DNA from: Eledone cirrhosa
Lineage: Eukaryota
Reading direction: 5' to 3'
DNA length: 64,000 bases
Assembly (NCBI GenBank): GCA_964016885.1
Contig: OZ024751.1
Location: 49,104,001 to 49,168,000 of the forward strand
Shown here one piece after another: positions 43,318-57,217 of this stretch (its first letter is position 1; each line of letters begins with the position of its first letter). The position numbers were made by a program, and so were the translations under genes. The notes under the pieces were generated by a model. It had not been told where the DNA came from. It ran no database searches and saw only the letters and a list, made by a program, of their open reading frames with translations.

Positions 43318-45719
43318 CTAAGTTGGGTCAAAAACTCTATTGGCGAAGGAATTAGCCCTTCGTTGTTGACAGCTAATGGTTACCTCTGTTCTATCGTAAA
43401 TCGGTAGAGGTCGTGATAGAGTTATGTAATATGCTTCCGTAACACAGATATCACAAGATTTTCTTCGTCCATTGAACGGTTGGGCCCTAGCTACGATATC
43501 CCATTTTAGTGAGTGTTGAACGTTGTTTAATTTAAGGTTTTTAATGAGCCTAGCTAGCGATGTCGAACATCTGTTGCTAGGGTCTCGGAAGGAAAAAGAG
43601 TGCGCGTTATACCTACCTTAAAAGGGTTAGAGGTAGACCCGATATAAGAGCTGGTATTCGAAGCAGTCTCAACCGTGCACCTATAGACTATGTTGGGTGT
43701 CAGGCAGTGTCCATTTAATGGGCATGCATTGGGGTAACGGCAGTTGCAGTTGCTTCTGCGGTTAGTGAGAGTAGGGTTGTTTAACCTAAGCGGTTGGTCC
43801 GTGCTAGAAGGATTAGATGGGGGAGGTGTGCTACTAGAGTTATTATTGGTATAGTGGCGTGGTGTATTTGATAGGGGTGGTGGTACCACGGTGTGGGAGT
43901 TATACTGTCTTAGCTTATGATGGTTACTTAACGTGATGTGGCTAACTAGGTTAGGTGTTGTGGAGAATGAGATTTTAATGTTATTTTTATTAAAGAGTTT
44001 GTAATATCTATGGTTGGGGGGATAGGGTAGAGAAGAAGCGTTTGGGGATATTAGTGGCTAGATTAGATAAGAATGGTGGGTTGAGCCAGGTGATATTTCT
44101 AGGCCTATTCTTTCTAGGGGTTCTAGTTGAGTTGGTACGGGCCTTCCTAGGGTTATTATTACCTGGGGATTTGTTATTTGTCATCCCATTTCTCATTCCT
44201 ATTCTAGGGTTGATTTTTAGTTTGCTACTTGGAGTGGGGAGCAGGCCGCTGCCACCATTAAAGTTCCCTGCTACTGCTAAAATTCCGGCGAATCTGGCTA
44301 TATGCTAAGTTCTAGTGTTAAGTTTATTATGGTGAGTTGCTGTGTTTTGGCATTTAGGTATGTAATAAATTGATTGTTTATAACCAGATTCAGAGAGAGC
44401 CTTATTATAATATTGTGCGTGGTTTATAAATATCTCTTCATTTGCTGATAGCATTGAGATCCTATAGGAGATAGATTTGATTACTGCTCTGATGACTGCC
44501 GGTGGGTGGTTAGAGTGTGGGCTAATATATGTGAGTATTTCACTTGGTTTATGGTAAGGGTTATAAAGGTTATTGTTGAGATCAAGGGTGACGTCTAGGA
44601 AGTTTACTACTTTATGGTTCAGCTCGATGGTGATAGAGAGACCGTTATTTTTGAAGAATCTATGAAATTGTTTCTTTAGCAAATCGATTAGTGCAATTGT
44701 GGACCGCAAATAGAACGTCGTCCCTGTATATTCCGCCTTGCATGGGTTGGATTAAGGCTCTTATGTTACGTAATAGGTAAATCCCAACTAAATCGGTGAT
44801 TTGCGCGGAGTGACTTGAGCCCATCGTAATGTCAAAGTTGTCTGTTCTATCTTTTCTAGTCCAGAGTGCTCCGTTGAATTCAATGATAGTCTGCCTAGCC
44901 ATGAGTATGATGTTAATCTCATTATTGGTTATGTCCGAGTTGGTGGTGGCTAGGGCTAGTGCTTTGTTGAGCAGTTCCGGGGTTATTGACGCGTAATAGC
45001 TGTCTATATCAAATTGGATGAACCTCATAGATTGCTTGGACCTTAGATCGGAGAACCATCTGATGACTTGGCCGGTGTTGGACCACAACTTGTAGGTGGT
45101 ATCATCCCGTAGCCCAGGTATTATCCTATCAAGGATGTTCTTACTGATGCGGCCCAGGTCAGGTGTGGTTGGGCTTATGAGTCTAATGGATGGGTTCTCT
45201 ATAAAGTTTGGCTTGTGATCCTTGAGAGAGAACCATGGGGTTGTTGGTACATAAGGGTGGGTAAATATATCCAAATGCAAGTCATTAACCAAAGCCTGGC
45301 TTTTCGGTTAAGTACGTTTACACTGGAGGGTGTAGTTCTTTTATAGTTTTTATTGAGTTCTTTAAGAAGGAAAGAGTTGTAAGTTTCAGGAGTCATGGTG
45401 TATAGATTTTTGGTTTTGTCAGACATAACATGTAAGAGGTTGCTATCTTTAAATTTTTTTATAGTTGTTGCTAATGTAGTGAGGAAGTTATTCCTGTGTC
45501 TATAATGCTTTTTGAACTTAATGATCCTGACGAAGTTGAATAGATCTTTCTCAAAAGGGTCCAGCAGGATGTTGTGTGGGAGGTTCTTGCATGTGGAAAA
45601 TCCATATCTATTTGCTGTACTTCCGGCGTCAGCAGCAACCGCACGGTCAAAGTGGTACGCTTTCCATCTTATTCTTCGGATGAAGGAGTTGACACTCTGT
45701 ATTAAGAGTTTGAGGTATC
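43318..45719 (-). pseudogene. PLE polyprotein: reverse transcriptase + GIY-YIG endonuclease (frameshifted)
   Basis: YLKLLIQSVNSFIRRIRWKA; SDKTKNLY; KDHKPNF..NPSIRLI; FIQFDIDSYYASI; FDITMGS; GIYRDD; VNFLDVTLDL; SNHPP; ITWLNPPF; CNCR..CPLNGHCL..IVY..YIGST..FK; RY..H; CDIC..E; stop TAG at 43318-43320. Confidence 0.92.
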
Positions 45720-46110
45720 CAATAGAGTTTTTGACCCAACTTAGTCATGTAGCCCCATTTCTACTTGTAGCTAATAAGTTAAATTGCTATGAACAACTCG
45801 AAAATTATAAGTTACCTCCCCTACATTGTCTCTCAATTAAAAGATTTAGAAACTAGCACTTAACTATAAATACTCACAATCTCTAATCTCTCGAGAAGTT
45901 ACTTCCCCTGAAACCACCCTCTAATTAGTAAGGCAAATATGCCCTTTGGCAGCCATCTTGTTACCCATAGGCAGATCTCACACAATGCAGCCTCGACAGA
46001 TAAATACTGCTTGATTATGGCTGACAGCTGATGCAACCAAGACACCACAGTAAAAACCAATATATGGAACATTATATTATGTAACATTATTTTAATTTAT
46101 ATTCCTTTGA

Positions 46111-46232
46111 GTTCCGATGAGCCACTCTGTTTTTTTTAAATATGTTAATTATTTTCAACTGAACCAGATCAATTATGATATATAGTCATCTGATCCAGAA
46201 ATATTATATGGAGTAGCGAAACAATTGTAAAC
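46111..46232 (+). ncRNA. pLTR hammerhead-like motif with U4C core and expanded stem II
   Basis: GTT-CCGATGA-GCCACTC-[83 nt]-GAGTAGC-GAAA-CAATTG-TA-AAC; other copies at 42833-42953 (-) and 41105-41223 (+). Confidence 0.6.
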
Positions 46233-47045
46233 GGACATTATTATTATTAATATTATTATTATTATTCTCTACATTCCTTACATCAAACTAAAATATGTTG
46301 ACAATCTTTTAATAATGTCTTCCTTGTGAAGTTTGTGGTCTTGTTTTGCTTCGCACCCCACATCTCTCCTCTTCCGACCACCGCTTCTTGGATTACCCAC
46401 ACGCGTTTTGACTTCCAACCAAAATCTCCATACATCCGTGTAACTTACCACTTTTCAACCACCCTCTAACACCATCACCTATATAACTCACCCACACACA
46501 CATCCAAAAACAAATTTTTTTATCCACACGCCACCCACACCCACAACACGCTTAAACCACACACACGTGCTTCCCACCACATATTTACACCCTCAGCCCC
46601 CTGATTCCTCTCCCCCCACCCCCTATCCACACACGCACAGACCCTCCGACACACAAAAACACCCCCCACACACACCTTCCTGAACATGCAACCCCGTTCT
46701 TCCCCCAACCCTCACTTTCACATACACACACACACACACGCACACCTAACCACACACACCACCTTCAGCCCTCCCCGCTCGGACACCCCGTCTCCCTCTC
46801 CCCACTCCACCCGCCTCCACCTCTACTCACCCCACACCCTTCCACCACCTGTTTACCCCCCTTTTAATTTCAGTTTATTTTGATCATGCCTTTATTTTTA
46901 AATGTTCTCATTCCTTGTATTTTGATCATGCTTTATTTTTATTTATTATTTATTATAATTTTGTCTTTAATTGTTAATTTTTCATTCGCACCGTTTCCTT
47001 TCGCTATATGTCTCTCCACCACTCCCCTACACACCTTTTGAACTC

Positions 47046-47370
<325 letters not shown>

Positions 47371-47778
47371 GTATATATATGTATATATAAATCTTTATAT
47401 ATATGCATGTGTTCTCTCACAAACTATGGGTATATGTGTATATGCATTCTATATTTACATGCATACACAATAACATATATCTGTGTGTGTGTGAGTATGT
47501 GTGTGTGCATGTTTATTTGTGTGTCTCCGTGCGTGTATACATTGCTACAATTATAGTAATTACTTGCCGCTGTTCATGAATATTTGATATTTGTACATGC
47601 TTCAATATCTTCAATTGTCATACGCAAGGGTATGTCTATGTTGTTAGGTATATCTGTATGTTGTGCCCTGCTTCGTGTGATTTGTATATAAACATATGTT
47701 ATACACGCATAGAGATATGTTCAATCTCTCTCTTTCCCTTTCTCCCTCTCTCTCTCGCTTTCTCTCTCTCTCTGTATG

Positions 47779-47840
<62 letters not shown>

Positions 47841-47841
47841 C

Positions 47842-47932
<91 letters not shown>

Positions 47933-48592
47933 CGTGTGCTTGTGTTGCTCTTTTTTTCTTTTCTATATTCAATTTTTTTTTAGAACACAATTCTCGCATG
48001 AGATTTCACAATCACATTTTCTCCGTCGTTTGGGATGCAAAAAAGGAAAGTTAAAATTACAAAATATCCCTCACAAAATAGAGCAATATAAGTTAAAGCA
48101 ACAAAAATAATACATAAATAATAATAATTATAATTGGATAGTCGACTGCTTGTTAGTTTAACCAAACATGCTTAGGACTACTATGAGAAATAAAAACATA
48201 ATATACCATACGCATAGAAAAATGGTATAGACCAATGAGTTTAGGACATTATATATTTCAGAATATATACTTTTATTTATCGGTTTTATATATTTTCGTC
48301 TATTTTTTCCCCAGTCATTTTTTTCTCTGTATACTTATCAATATGTTTCATGTCTAATTGTTGTTTTCGTCATTCTTTCTCGCGCTCACGCCTTAGTTTC
48401 TATCCTCCTAAACCTCAGATTGCCTCTTCAAACGAAGTTTAAGAGCTTCTATTATAATATTTTGTGAATCGTTCGATACTGCAATACCAATACCAATTGG
48501 AAAAATAGCATGCGGCACCATTACTTATGTTACGTTTTTGTTTTTCTTGCTTTTCATCCTTTAGGTATTAAATATACAACTTCTTGTTCTAA

Positions 48593-48637
<45 letters not shown>

Positions 48638-48642
<5 letters not shown>

Positions 48643-49330
48643 ACAGGGAGAAAGAGACGATTATTAGGAAGAAAAATATATTTTTTTCCATCACGTAATC
48701 ATGGATCAACTAAGCACTCTTGCTATATTAACACATTTTGATCTGCTTAACTTCAATGACTTTGCTTGTAAATAACATTATTTTTTCTTCCACATTCACT
48801 TTTCATGTTATACATTATGCACGTTTTTTTCTTTTTTCTTTTTTCTTTTTTCTTTTTTCTTTTTTCTTTTTTTCTTTTTTCTTTTTTCTTTTTTCTTTTT
48901 TCTTTTTTCTTTTTTTTTTCTTTTTTCTTTTTTCTTTTTTCTTTTTTCTTTTTTCTTTTTTCTTTTTTCTTTTTTCTTTTTTCTTTTTTCTTTTTTCTTT
49001 TTTATTTTCACTTCATAAACCTTGTTTGTAAGTAACATTATTCTTTCTGCACCTTCTGTTTAATATGTGCGACACCACACTGATACATTTCACTATCATT
49101 TGATAATGCATACCAATGCTGAAACCGGTAATAGACAATACTTAAATATATAAATAGATAAATAAATGCCATTGTTAAATAATAAATAAATCAACTAAAA
49201 CCTTAACACTTCACACAAAGTAAAACATTTCGTTTTAATCATTTTCTAACCCAGAAAAAAGAGAGATAGAAACAAAAAAGGAAAAAAAATATTTTTCTTC
49301 CTAATAATCGTCTTTTTCTCCCTGTTTTCA
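48638..49330 (+). mobile_element. ~690-bp insert with ~50-bp terminal inverted repeats, (CTTTTTT)n tract and a U3:A8 HHR-like motif
   Basis: 48638-48689 is the reverse complement of 49280-49330; TTGATAA-T-GCA(TACCAA)TGC-T-GAAA-CCGG-TA at 49100-49130; (TA)n on both sides. Confidence 0.65.
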
Positions 49331-49669
49331 TATATATATATATATATATATATCCTAACTCACGTGCATCCTCTCCACATTTTATTATTATTATATATAT
49401 ATATATATATATATTTATCTTATCATCTCATCTTAGCCTCTTTTTCGTTCGAACGAAAGGAACAGAGCAATCGAAGATATCTCAATCTATCAGCCATTAG
49501 AGGGTCGGCCGCCATGCTTTCCATCATAGAGTTATGTCCCTTTACGGTCTGAGTTCAAATCCCGCCGATATTATTGTTATTATTTGAGTTTTTCATCTTT
49601 CTTCGGTTTTGCTTCCATTTCGTAGGGCATATTATTACTTTATTATTATTAGGGCAATGAATGAGGTCA

Positions 49670-50050
49670 GTGAATTGGCAATATCAGTAGAGGGTTGGAC
49701 GCCATGCTTTCTAGCATAGTTACGTCCCTTTACGGTTTGAGTTCAAATCCCGTCGAGGTTAACTTTGCCTTTCATCCTTACGGGGTCGATAAAATAAAGT
49801 ACCAGTAATGTACTGGTTAATTGCTGGCCTTGTGCCAAAAGTAGAAACAATTATTATTAAGGCAATGAATGGACAGTATCAGTAGAGTGTCAGGCACCAT
49901 GCTATATAGCATAGATTATGTCCCTTTAAAGTCTATGTTCAAATCCCGTCGAGATTAACTTTGCATTTCATCCTTACGGTGTCGATAAGATAAATTACCA
50001 GTAATGCACTGGGATAATTGCTGACTTTGTGCCAAAAGTAGAAACAATTA
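49670..50050 (+). mobile_element. Two tandem tRNA-SINE copies (partial copy also at ~49490-49567)
   Basis: Two full family-consensus matches. Confidence 0.85.
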
Positions 50051-50680
50051 TTTTCTGTATATTTGATAGTCTTCAATCTGATATTTTTAAAGGTAGTTCA
50101 ATGAATTTCATGTAATGTCCCCGATGGTTTAATTGTACATATTTTGATTTAAATAGTACTACATTTGAGGATGTCTTTCACACTGATTTATCAGTCGTTA
50201 TCTTCTTAGCTCTAATTAATCACATCTATATCCGTGTTTATTAAGCAATATCGTAAATCGATTAAATATGTAGAAGCTGAATTTCTAAAACTTTCAATAG
50301 AATTTGGATATCTCGTGGCTTTCTTGCAGCCAGGATATGTAATCGTGAGAGAATAGGGTGGGTATTCATTAAAGTCTGTCTGATGAATCTGCTAGATATA
50401 ATTTTGTTACGTAGAACATTTTCTTGGTTATATTTCCAATCTTAACACTTTTTTCTCTTACTCTAAGTTCACCTTATGCAATATCAAATTTTCACTAATT
50501 ATTACCAACACCAATAAAATAAAGTACCAGTAATACACTGGATAATTGCTGGCCTTGTGCCAAAAGTAGAAACAACTAATTATTACCAACACCATCATTG
50601 TCGTATTCATCATAATAAGCACAGCATGTTATTCCAAACAACAACAGGTATACCACTAGCACCACCATATCTACTACTAT

Positions 50681-50713
<33 letters not shown>

Positions 50714-50726
50714 AACTACTACGCAT

Positions 50727-50905
50727 TGGTTTGGCAGTATCGGTAGAGGGTCGAACGCCATGCTTTGCAGCAAAAAGTTACGGTCCTTTATGGTCTGAGT
50801 TCAAATCCCGCCGAGGTTAACTTTGCCTTTCATACTTACGATAAAATAGTACCAGTAATACACTGAAATAATTGCTGGCCTTGTGCCAAATGTAGAAACA
50901 ATTAT
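50727..50905 (+). mobile_element. tRNA-derived SINE ending in (TTA)n
   Basis: Family consensus; its (TTA)n tail hosts the LINE. Confidence 0.85.
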
Positions 50906-51148
50906 TATTATTATTAATATTATTATTATTATTATTATTATTATTGGCGACCTACGTAGTAAATCGTACTATCGTGAGCTCCGCAAAGGTTTGTTATTTT
51001 CAGTGGTTTAAAATTGCCATTTATGGAACATTTTTATTGTTAACTGTATATAAGTGCACATACATTGTTTTCTGAAAAGTACACTCAAAATTGAGCCCAA
51101 AATTTAAACTTTTAGAATTATCAAAGAAAGATTACTCTTTGAAAAATC

Positions 51149-53025
51149 ATGGACGACTCAGAGCCACACCTTCCTCACAAACTAACACCGACACCACCAT
51201 TGTAAATATTACTACGTTTGCCAACACTAAAAATATAAGAAGTAGCAATATTTTTAATTTGTCTCAGGCAGACATTCATTTCCCGCCATTACCAATGACT
51301 GCAGGTGTTAAAGCCGCCACCCCCACCACCACCACAGCGACAACAGAAACAAAAGAAAAAATATATTAACTCGTGATATCGAAATGAATTCAACCAAAAT
51401 GAACTCTTCCACACCGAACACCACTGACGGTCCCACCACCACAACTGAAACTAAAATTAACAATAACAAAAATAACGATAACAGCAACAATGAAAATAAG
51501 AAAACCACCCTGAATTTTGCCAGAGTAGCAAAACAGTGCGAAGCATTCCAGGTAACTCAGGAGGAATTAGAAGAAGCCAAAAAAATGGTAAAGAAAGATG
51601 GGTACAGGGTCAGCCTCCCTCCCCCACCTAATAAAATGGAGCATCGGCGCCTATGCACCGTGTCTTATCGGACGATTAGCATAAAATCGCGCCGAGTGGA
51701 ACGGGCATCCGAGTCCCAAATCCCCAAAGCTTTGGGACCCATGGGCAGAAATATGGAACCGTGGACGTGTTCTTTGAAACACTACAGGAGGCCAGAGAAC
51801 ATTCCATGGCCCCATTAGGAAGTGACGACTTCACACTCGTCCCAAGCTATTGTGGCCAGAGACTCGTGAAGATCAGGGTGACCCACGTTCCACCGGCCAT
51901 CGAAATTCCCTGGCTAATAGCTGCCGTCCTCGCCGCTATCCAACACCAAGATAATCGAAATAGCGATAGAAAAGCAAAAGAACTGGTCTGGATCTGGGAT
52001 GGAGCTCCTGATCCAAGCGGACCAAAAAAGCATTGAGGAGATCCCAGAGGTAATAGACCTCACTGACGGCAGCCACCTCACCGTAATTGCCGAGGGCAGA
52101 AGGTCTAGGTGTGTCGTTTGTGGTGAAGGAACCCACCTAAGGGCTTTCTGCTCTCAGGCAAAAAGGTTGAGGCAACCTCTATTACCCACCCCAGTGACTC
52201 AACGATCAACACCACCAGCAGCAGTGATGGCAGCAACAATAGTAGCAGCAACAACAGAAGCAACTGTAACAGCAACAACCCCAGCAACAGTAGCAAAACC
52301 AACACCACCACCACCCAACGCGCCAGAACTAGCACCAGCGCCTACACCATCCACCACGCCACAACCAAAACCAACGCCTGTCGAGGATTTTCCACTCCCC
52401 GGCCTATCACAACTGGAGACTGATTGTGACGACGAGGAGTGGGAAACGGTTTCAGGAAAAAAGAAAAAAAGAAACCAAAAAAGAAAAAAATTCTCTTCCC
52501 TCCCCTTCCAAAAACAAAATACTGAGGGAAACAAATACACTATCAAACAAAAAAGTTAGGACAGATATACCACCATCCACACCAGCATCACCAACCCCAT
52601 CACCACAAACACCAACACCATCACCATCATTAACCCCAACACCATCACCAACACCACAAAAGTCACCAAAATGCGAAACAGAAACAAACCCACAACAAAC
52701 GCAAACAAAACAAACCAACCAAAACGATACACACTACACAGCATTAAATTTGAACAACAAGCAATTATTACACTACATCCAACACAACACCAGCATCAAA
52801 GAAAAAGACTACACAACAACCCAAAAGTTCACACAACCTCCACACATACAAATCACTCGCATCACACAGAAAACGTACACGACACTAAAACAAAAATTCC
52901 CCAAAGACATCGGAGATTTTCGACAAGCACTCTCCAGGAGGATTTATAAGGACATCCTTCTGGAGGAGGCCACAAGCAGTGAAAAGGATGGAGAAACCAT
53001 CCTTCCTCTACGAGAAGTAAGGTAA
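51149..53025 (+). pseudogene. LINE ORF1 (gag-like nucleic-acid-binding protein), frameshifted
   Basis: CX2CX4HX4C knuckle CVVCGEGTHLRAFC; P/T-rich linkers; WETVSGKKKKR basic patch; split across several frames; start position uncertain. Confidence 0.8.
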
Positions 53026-53059
53026 GTGGTCTTTCCCATCTTTTCCACTCCATTTCAAC

Positions 53060-56000
53060 ATGACCTCACTCAGAATAGGCAGTATAAATGCGCGTGGCTT
53101 GGGATCGTCATGGATGCAAGGCCACCTGCTCAACGACCTCAGGTCACTAAACGTAGATGTAGTGGCCATCAGCGAGACCAGAATCTCCGAAGCACGGGCC
53201 TTCGCACCGATCTTCGGCGACTACGATGTGTACGCATCTCCCAGCCGCCCTGGATCGGGGGGAGGAGTTGCTGTGCTTTTTGGAGAGGTTTGGATCTCGC
53301 TATACGGGCCATCTTCCTGGACATAGAAGGTAAGTTGGTGGTGCTGGACGTGACCAGCCGAGACGGGCAAGCTTTCAGGCTAGTGGCCGTCTATGCCCCG
53401 ACAGGAGCAGGGCGGCCTGATTTCTTCCGGCGTCTGGAGACCTTTCTTGGAACGTCCCGCTCTTTAGTGTTAGTGGGCGAATGGAACGGGATCTTAGATG
53501 CACGCTGGGACTGTGTGGGATTAGCGGATAGGAGAGCAGGATGCAAGAGCCTCACCAACCTGCTCAGGCGTTTTGAACTGTCTGACAGGTACCGATTAGA
53601 TTTCCCGAATGCGCCAATGTGGACTTGGACAAATTGCATATGGTCATCCAGATCATATCTAGATAGAATTTTTGTAGGGAAATAGATAGGTCTAGCATAG
53701 GCTGTCCAGAATTCAAGATAGTCAGCTACACGGACCACAAATTCGTGATCTGTGTGCTTGACTTAGAGAGGCTTCATAGACGAGGACCCGGCTTCTGGAA
53801 GCTAAACGCGTCCTTACCAGCGCGCAAGGCCTAAAGAAACCGGATTAGCGAACTAGTTAAGCGGGCGTTGACGGGGGCCATCGGCAACAACAAGTGGTAG
53901 TCTGCTCTGAAAAGAGCGATTAGAATAGAGTCCATTAGGTTTAGTAAGGCTTTAGCAATAGAGAAAAATAGAGCAGAGGGAGAACTAGTTAGAAAATTAG
54001 ACGAGGCGCTTAGCAAAGGCATCGCAACCGACGTACTTGCTGTGAAATTGGCCCTTCACCAATTCTTCAATGCAAAGCATGAAGGCTCGTTGTCAGAGCT
54101 AGGGTGCGTGCTCTCAGACACGAGGGGACGAAAGCCGCTCAATGGGCCCGAGTGGTGGAGGCGCGTCGTGGCAACAAAGCACGATCCGGTCTTTGGTGGA
54201 CCAAGACGGGCGCATGCTACTTGATCCCAGGCAAACGTGTGAAGCTTTCCAGCGACACTTCGCCCGGCTGTTCGGGGGCAGCAGCGGGCCGAATCGAGGG
54301 ATGGACTTTAGTGTCTACCTCGATGGACTGCCGCGGCTCTCGGCCACTGAGGTGGAGTGTTGCGAAAAGCCGATAAAAGCCGCTGAAGTACGGGAAGTCA
54401 ATTACTGGCTGCACAAGGGGTAAATCGCCTGGTTTGGATGGTCTGCCCTATGAACTTTACGTACAGATGCCAGACTTGTTTGGAGGCCTCTTGGCGGACG
54501 TCTACTGCAAGTGGCAACAGAACGGAATAATTCCCAGCTCTGTGAGCCGAGGAGGTGTGGGGCTGCTAAGAAAGGATCCGAACAAGGGGGATAACATAGA
54601 TAATTTCAGGCCCATAACTCTGCTAAATACAGAGTTCAAGATTTTGGCCAAGGTGCTAGCAAAGAGGTTGGCGCTTGTCGTTGGTGGTCTGGTGGGAGAG
54701 GCGCAGACGTGCGCCATTGCCGACAGATCCATCCACGACAACCTCCACCTCATGCGATACATCATAGAGAGGGTAGCTAGGGAACCTGGCACGGGTGGGT
54801 CCTTGATCAATTTAGATCAGTCGAAAGCTTTCGATAGGGTCGACCATCGTTGCCTAGCGGCAGCCCTGAGGGCGGCTGACTTTGGGCCTGTCTTCAGAGG
54901 CTGGATCAATGCCATGCACAGCGACATCTGCTCTGTTGTGAGAGTGAACGGTTACCTTTCGGAACCGTTCAACATCATGCACTCGGTCCCCCAAGGATGT
55001 CCCCTCTCGTCCCTCTTGTACGTATTGTCTCTCGAGCCATTACTGCACAAACTGGAAACGTTGAGGGGGGTCCCGCGCGAACTAGGATGCGGAAGATCCG
55101 TGTCAGCATATGTGGACGATGTCACCGTAGTGGTGTCGAACGCCAAACACATCGAGGCGATCGGCACTACACTAAGAGAATACGAAGCGGTGACAGGAGC
55201 AATGATCAACCAGGAAAAGTCAGTGGGCCTGCAGCTCGGCACCTGGAGAGGCAGGTCCATGCCGTCCAACAGCGTCGTCGGGCGCTGGACGGACGGACCG
55301 GTTAAATTCTAGGGGTATGGTTCGGTCCGGACCTCCAGACAGACAAAAGCTGGGATGAGGTGACGAGCAGGGTGGCTTCTCTCACCCATAAATGGGCGGA
55401 GAGGAAGCTATCCCTGAAAGGTCGAGCGGAGGTGGCTAACGCGTACACCGCGTCCGTCATCTACTACCACCTGACCGTCGTACCTTGTCCTAAGCCCCGC
55501 CTGACTGCGCTGGAGCGTTTGCTCTTTCGCTTTTTGTGGAAGGGACGCGCTCCGATGGCCAGGCGGTCCATCTGCTGTCAACACCCGCTACGTGGAGGGC
55601 TGGGCATGCCGTGGCTGATGATGCGCAGACACGCGCTCAGGCTACGATATCTCCACCTCTTCCTCGACGGTGATCAGTTGTGGTCGCCGTTTGCTAGACA
55701 CGTATTTCCCCAGCTCGTTTCCTTGACGGAGCTGCAGTCCAGGGTCAAGCGAAAACAGAGAGGAAGTGCTTGGAGACTGGAATGTCTTCAGGCGCTCACA
55801 GCTCTCGACCAATCGGGCAATGTGGTCGGTGGAAACTTCACCTTGGCGTTCTATAGAGGATTAGTGGAGGGGAAGAGCGACGACGTACTTCGAGAAACTC
55901 TAGGCGTCGACGAAAATCAACTAATCAATCTCTTCGGTAGGACTTTCGGGACGGGGCCTATGGACAACTTCCAGAAATCCCTGACCTGGCAGTGCTACCG

Positions 56001-56475
56001 AGGAGCTTTGCCAGTTCTGGATAAACTCTACAGGCATGGAGGTGCCGTCAGCCGGGCATGTCCGAGATGCGCGCAGGGCGACGAAACCGTCCTGCACGCA
56101 CTCGTCCAGTGTCCGAGCATTGCTGACTTGTGGGTTTATGTCGAACACCTGCTGTCACGTGTAGGACGGATCCAGCTATCAGCTGAGTCTATGGTGAGGA
56201 TTGCCCCACCCTCTTCCTTTAGCCGGGAAGGGCAGGCAGTTTTTATCTGTCTGGTGGCCATGGCGAAAGAGATAGTATGGTGGACACGTTTGAAAGGGCA
56301 GAAGACGAGGACTTACCTCTTCGGTGATGCCCTGATTACCTTTTTCAAATTTCATTTGAAAAGGAAAATCAGGGTAGAGAGGGAAGTGCTCTCTTCCCAG
56401 CATGTTGTTGAAAGATGGGTGAGAGAAGCAAGTATGGCCCGCGTGAATGGGCCTACTCTGAGTATGTGTCTGTAA
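53060..56475 (+). pseudogene. LINE ORF2: AP endonuclease + reverse transcriptase + C-terminal zinc finger, disrupted
   Basis: LRIGSINARGL, DVVAISET, LVAVYAP, SRSYLDR, KSPGLDGLPYE, NFRPITLLNTEFKILAK, LDQSKAFDRVDH, PQGCPLS, YVDD, CPRC..ETVLHALVQC; several stops and frameshifts. Confidence 0.92.
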
Positions 56476-57217
56476 ATTAAATGTAGAAAACTAGGAGAGG
56501 GCACTTGCTCTGGTGGTCAGGGTCACTGTGGCCCTTTAATGGGCTTTCTCCACAAATGTCTCTCGGGGAATTTTTCATTGTTATCTTTTATTACATCCTC
56601 TGTTTTTTTTTACACGCAGAAATGTCCATTTGTACCGTCCTGTATTGTCCTGTACTGTCCTTAATGTCTACTTTATGTAACCCCTTGTGGTTAATATATA
56701 AAAAAGCATTATTATTATTATATTTTATCTTCCAGTTTCTACTACTTCTTCTTCCCCTCTTTCTTCTTCTCCTGCTCCTGCTGGCTATCCCCCTCTTCCT
56801 TGTATTTTTTTTTAGCTGATCTGGGTATATTTTATTCCTCTTCAACTCCCACACACCACGACACTAATATTTGAAATACCGTTAGGAATCGGCCATTACG
56901 CAACATTTCAATTACAATTCTGTCCTCTGAAACAGAAACAGGAAAAAGAAGAAACAAAAAACATGCAACATTATATATATAATAATAAAACTTGAAAAAA
57001 TATTTATTGTGCTATAACATCATAATAGCCTATCGTTTTTATACGATTTTAATATTATTTTATTGTATATTATTTTTAAATGCAACGAGATTGCAAAATG
57101 ATAGAAGCGGTAGAGCATCAGACAAATACCTTTCAGTATTCGGTTACATCTCTTTACAGTTAGAATTGAAATATATGTCTCTGTGTGTACACACAGAGAC
57201 ATACATATATATATATA

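Larger units (their letters stand above)
42523..46351 (-). mobile_element. Penelope-like retroelement (Naiad-type) with inverted 5' pLTR
   Basis: RT + GIY-YIG remnants on minus; 3' UTR 43317-42523 ends in (TA)n; ~630-bp inverted copy of the 3' UTR at 45719-46351. Confidence 0.92.
50946..56707 (+). mobile_element. Full-length non-LTR retrotransposon, L1/Tx1 clade, inserted in (TTA)n
   Basis: ORF1 with zinc knuckle, ORF2 APE-RT-zinc finger, GC-rich body, (TTA)n on both sides. Confidence 0.9.

Noticed and set aside
43318-45719. Selenocysteine recoding, as reported for some Naiad PLEs
   Set aside because: The conserved Cys positions I checked (CNCR, CPL, CDIC) use TGC/TGT; the disruptions seen are frameshifts or TAG; no clear SECIS by eye
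55109-55120. YVDD instead of YADD in the LINE RT
   Set aside because: Explainable by a single CpG transition (GCG>GTG) in a dead copy
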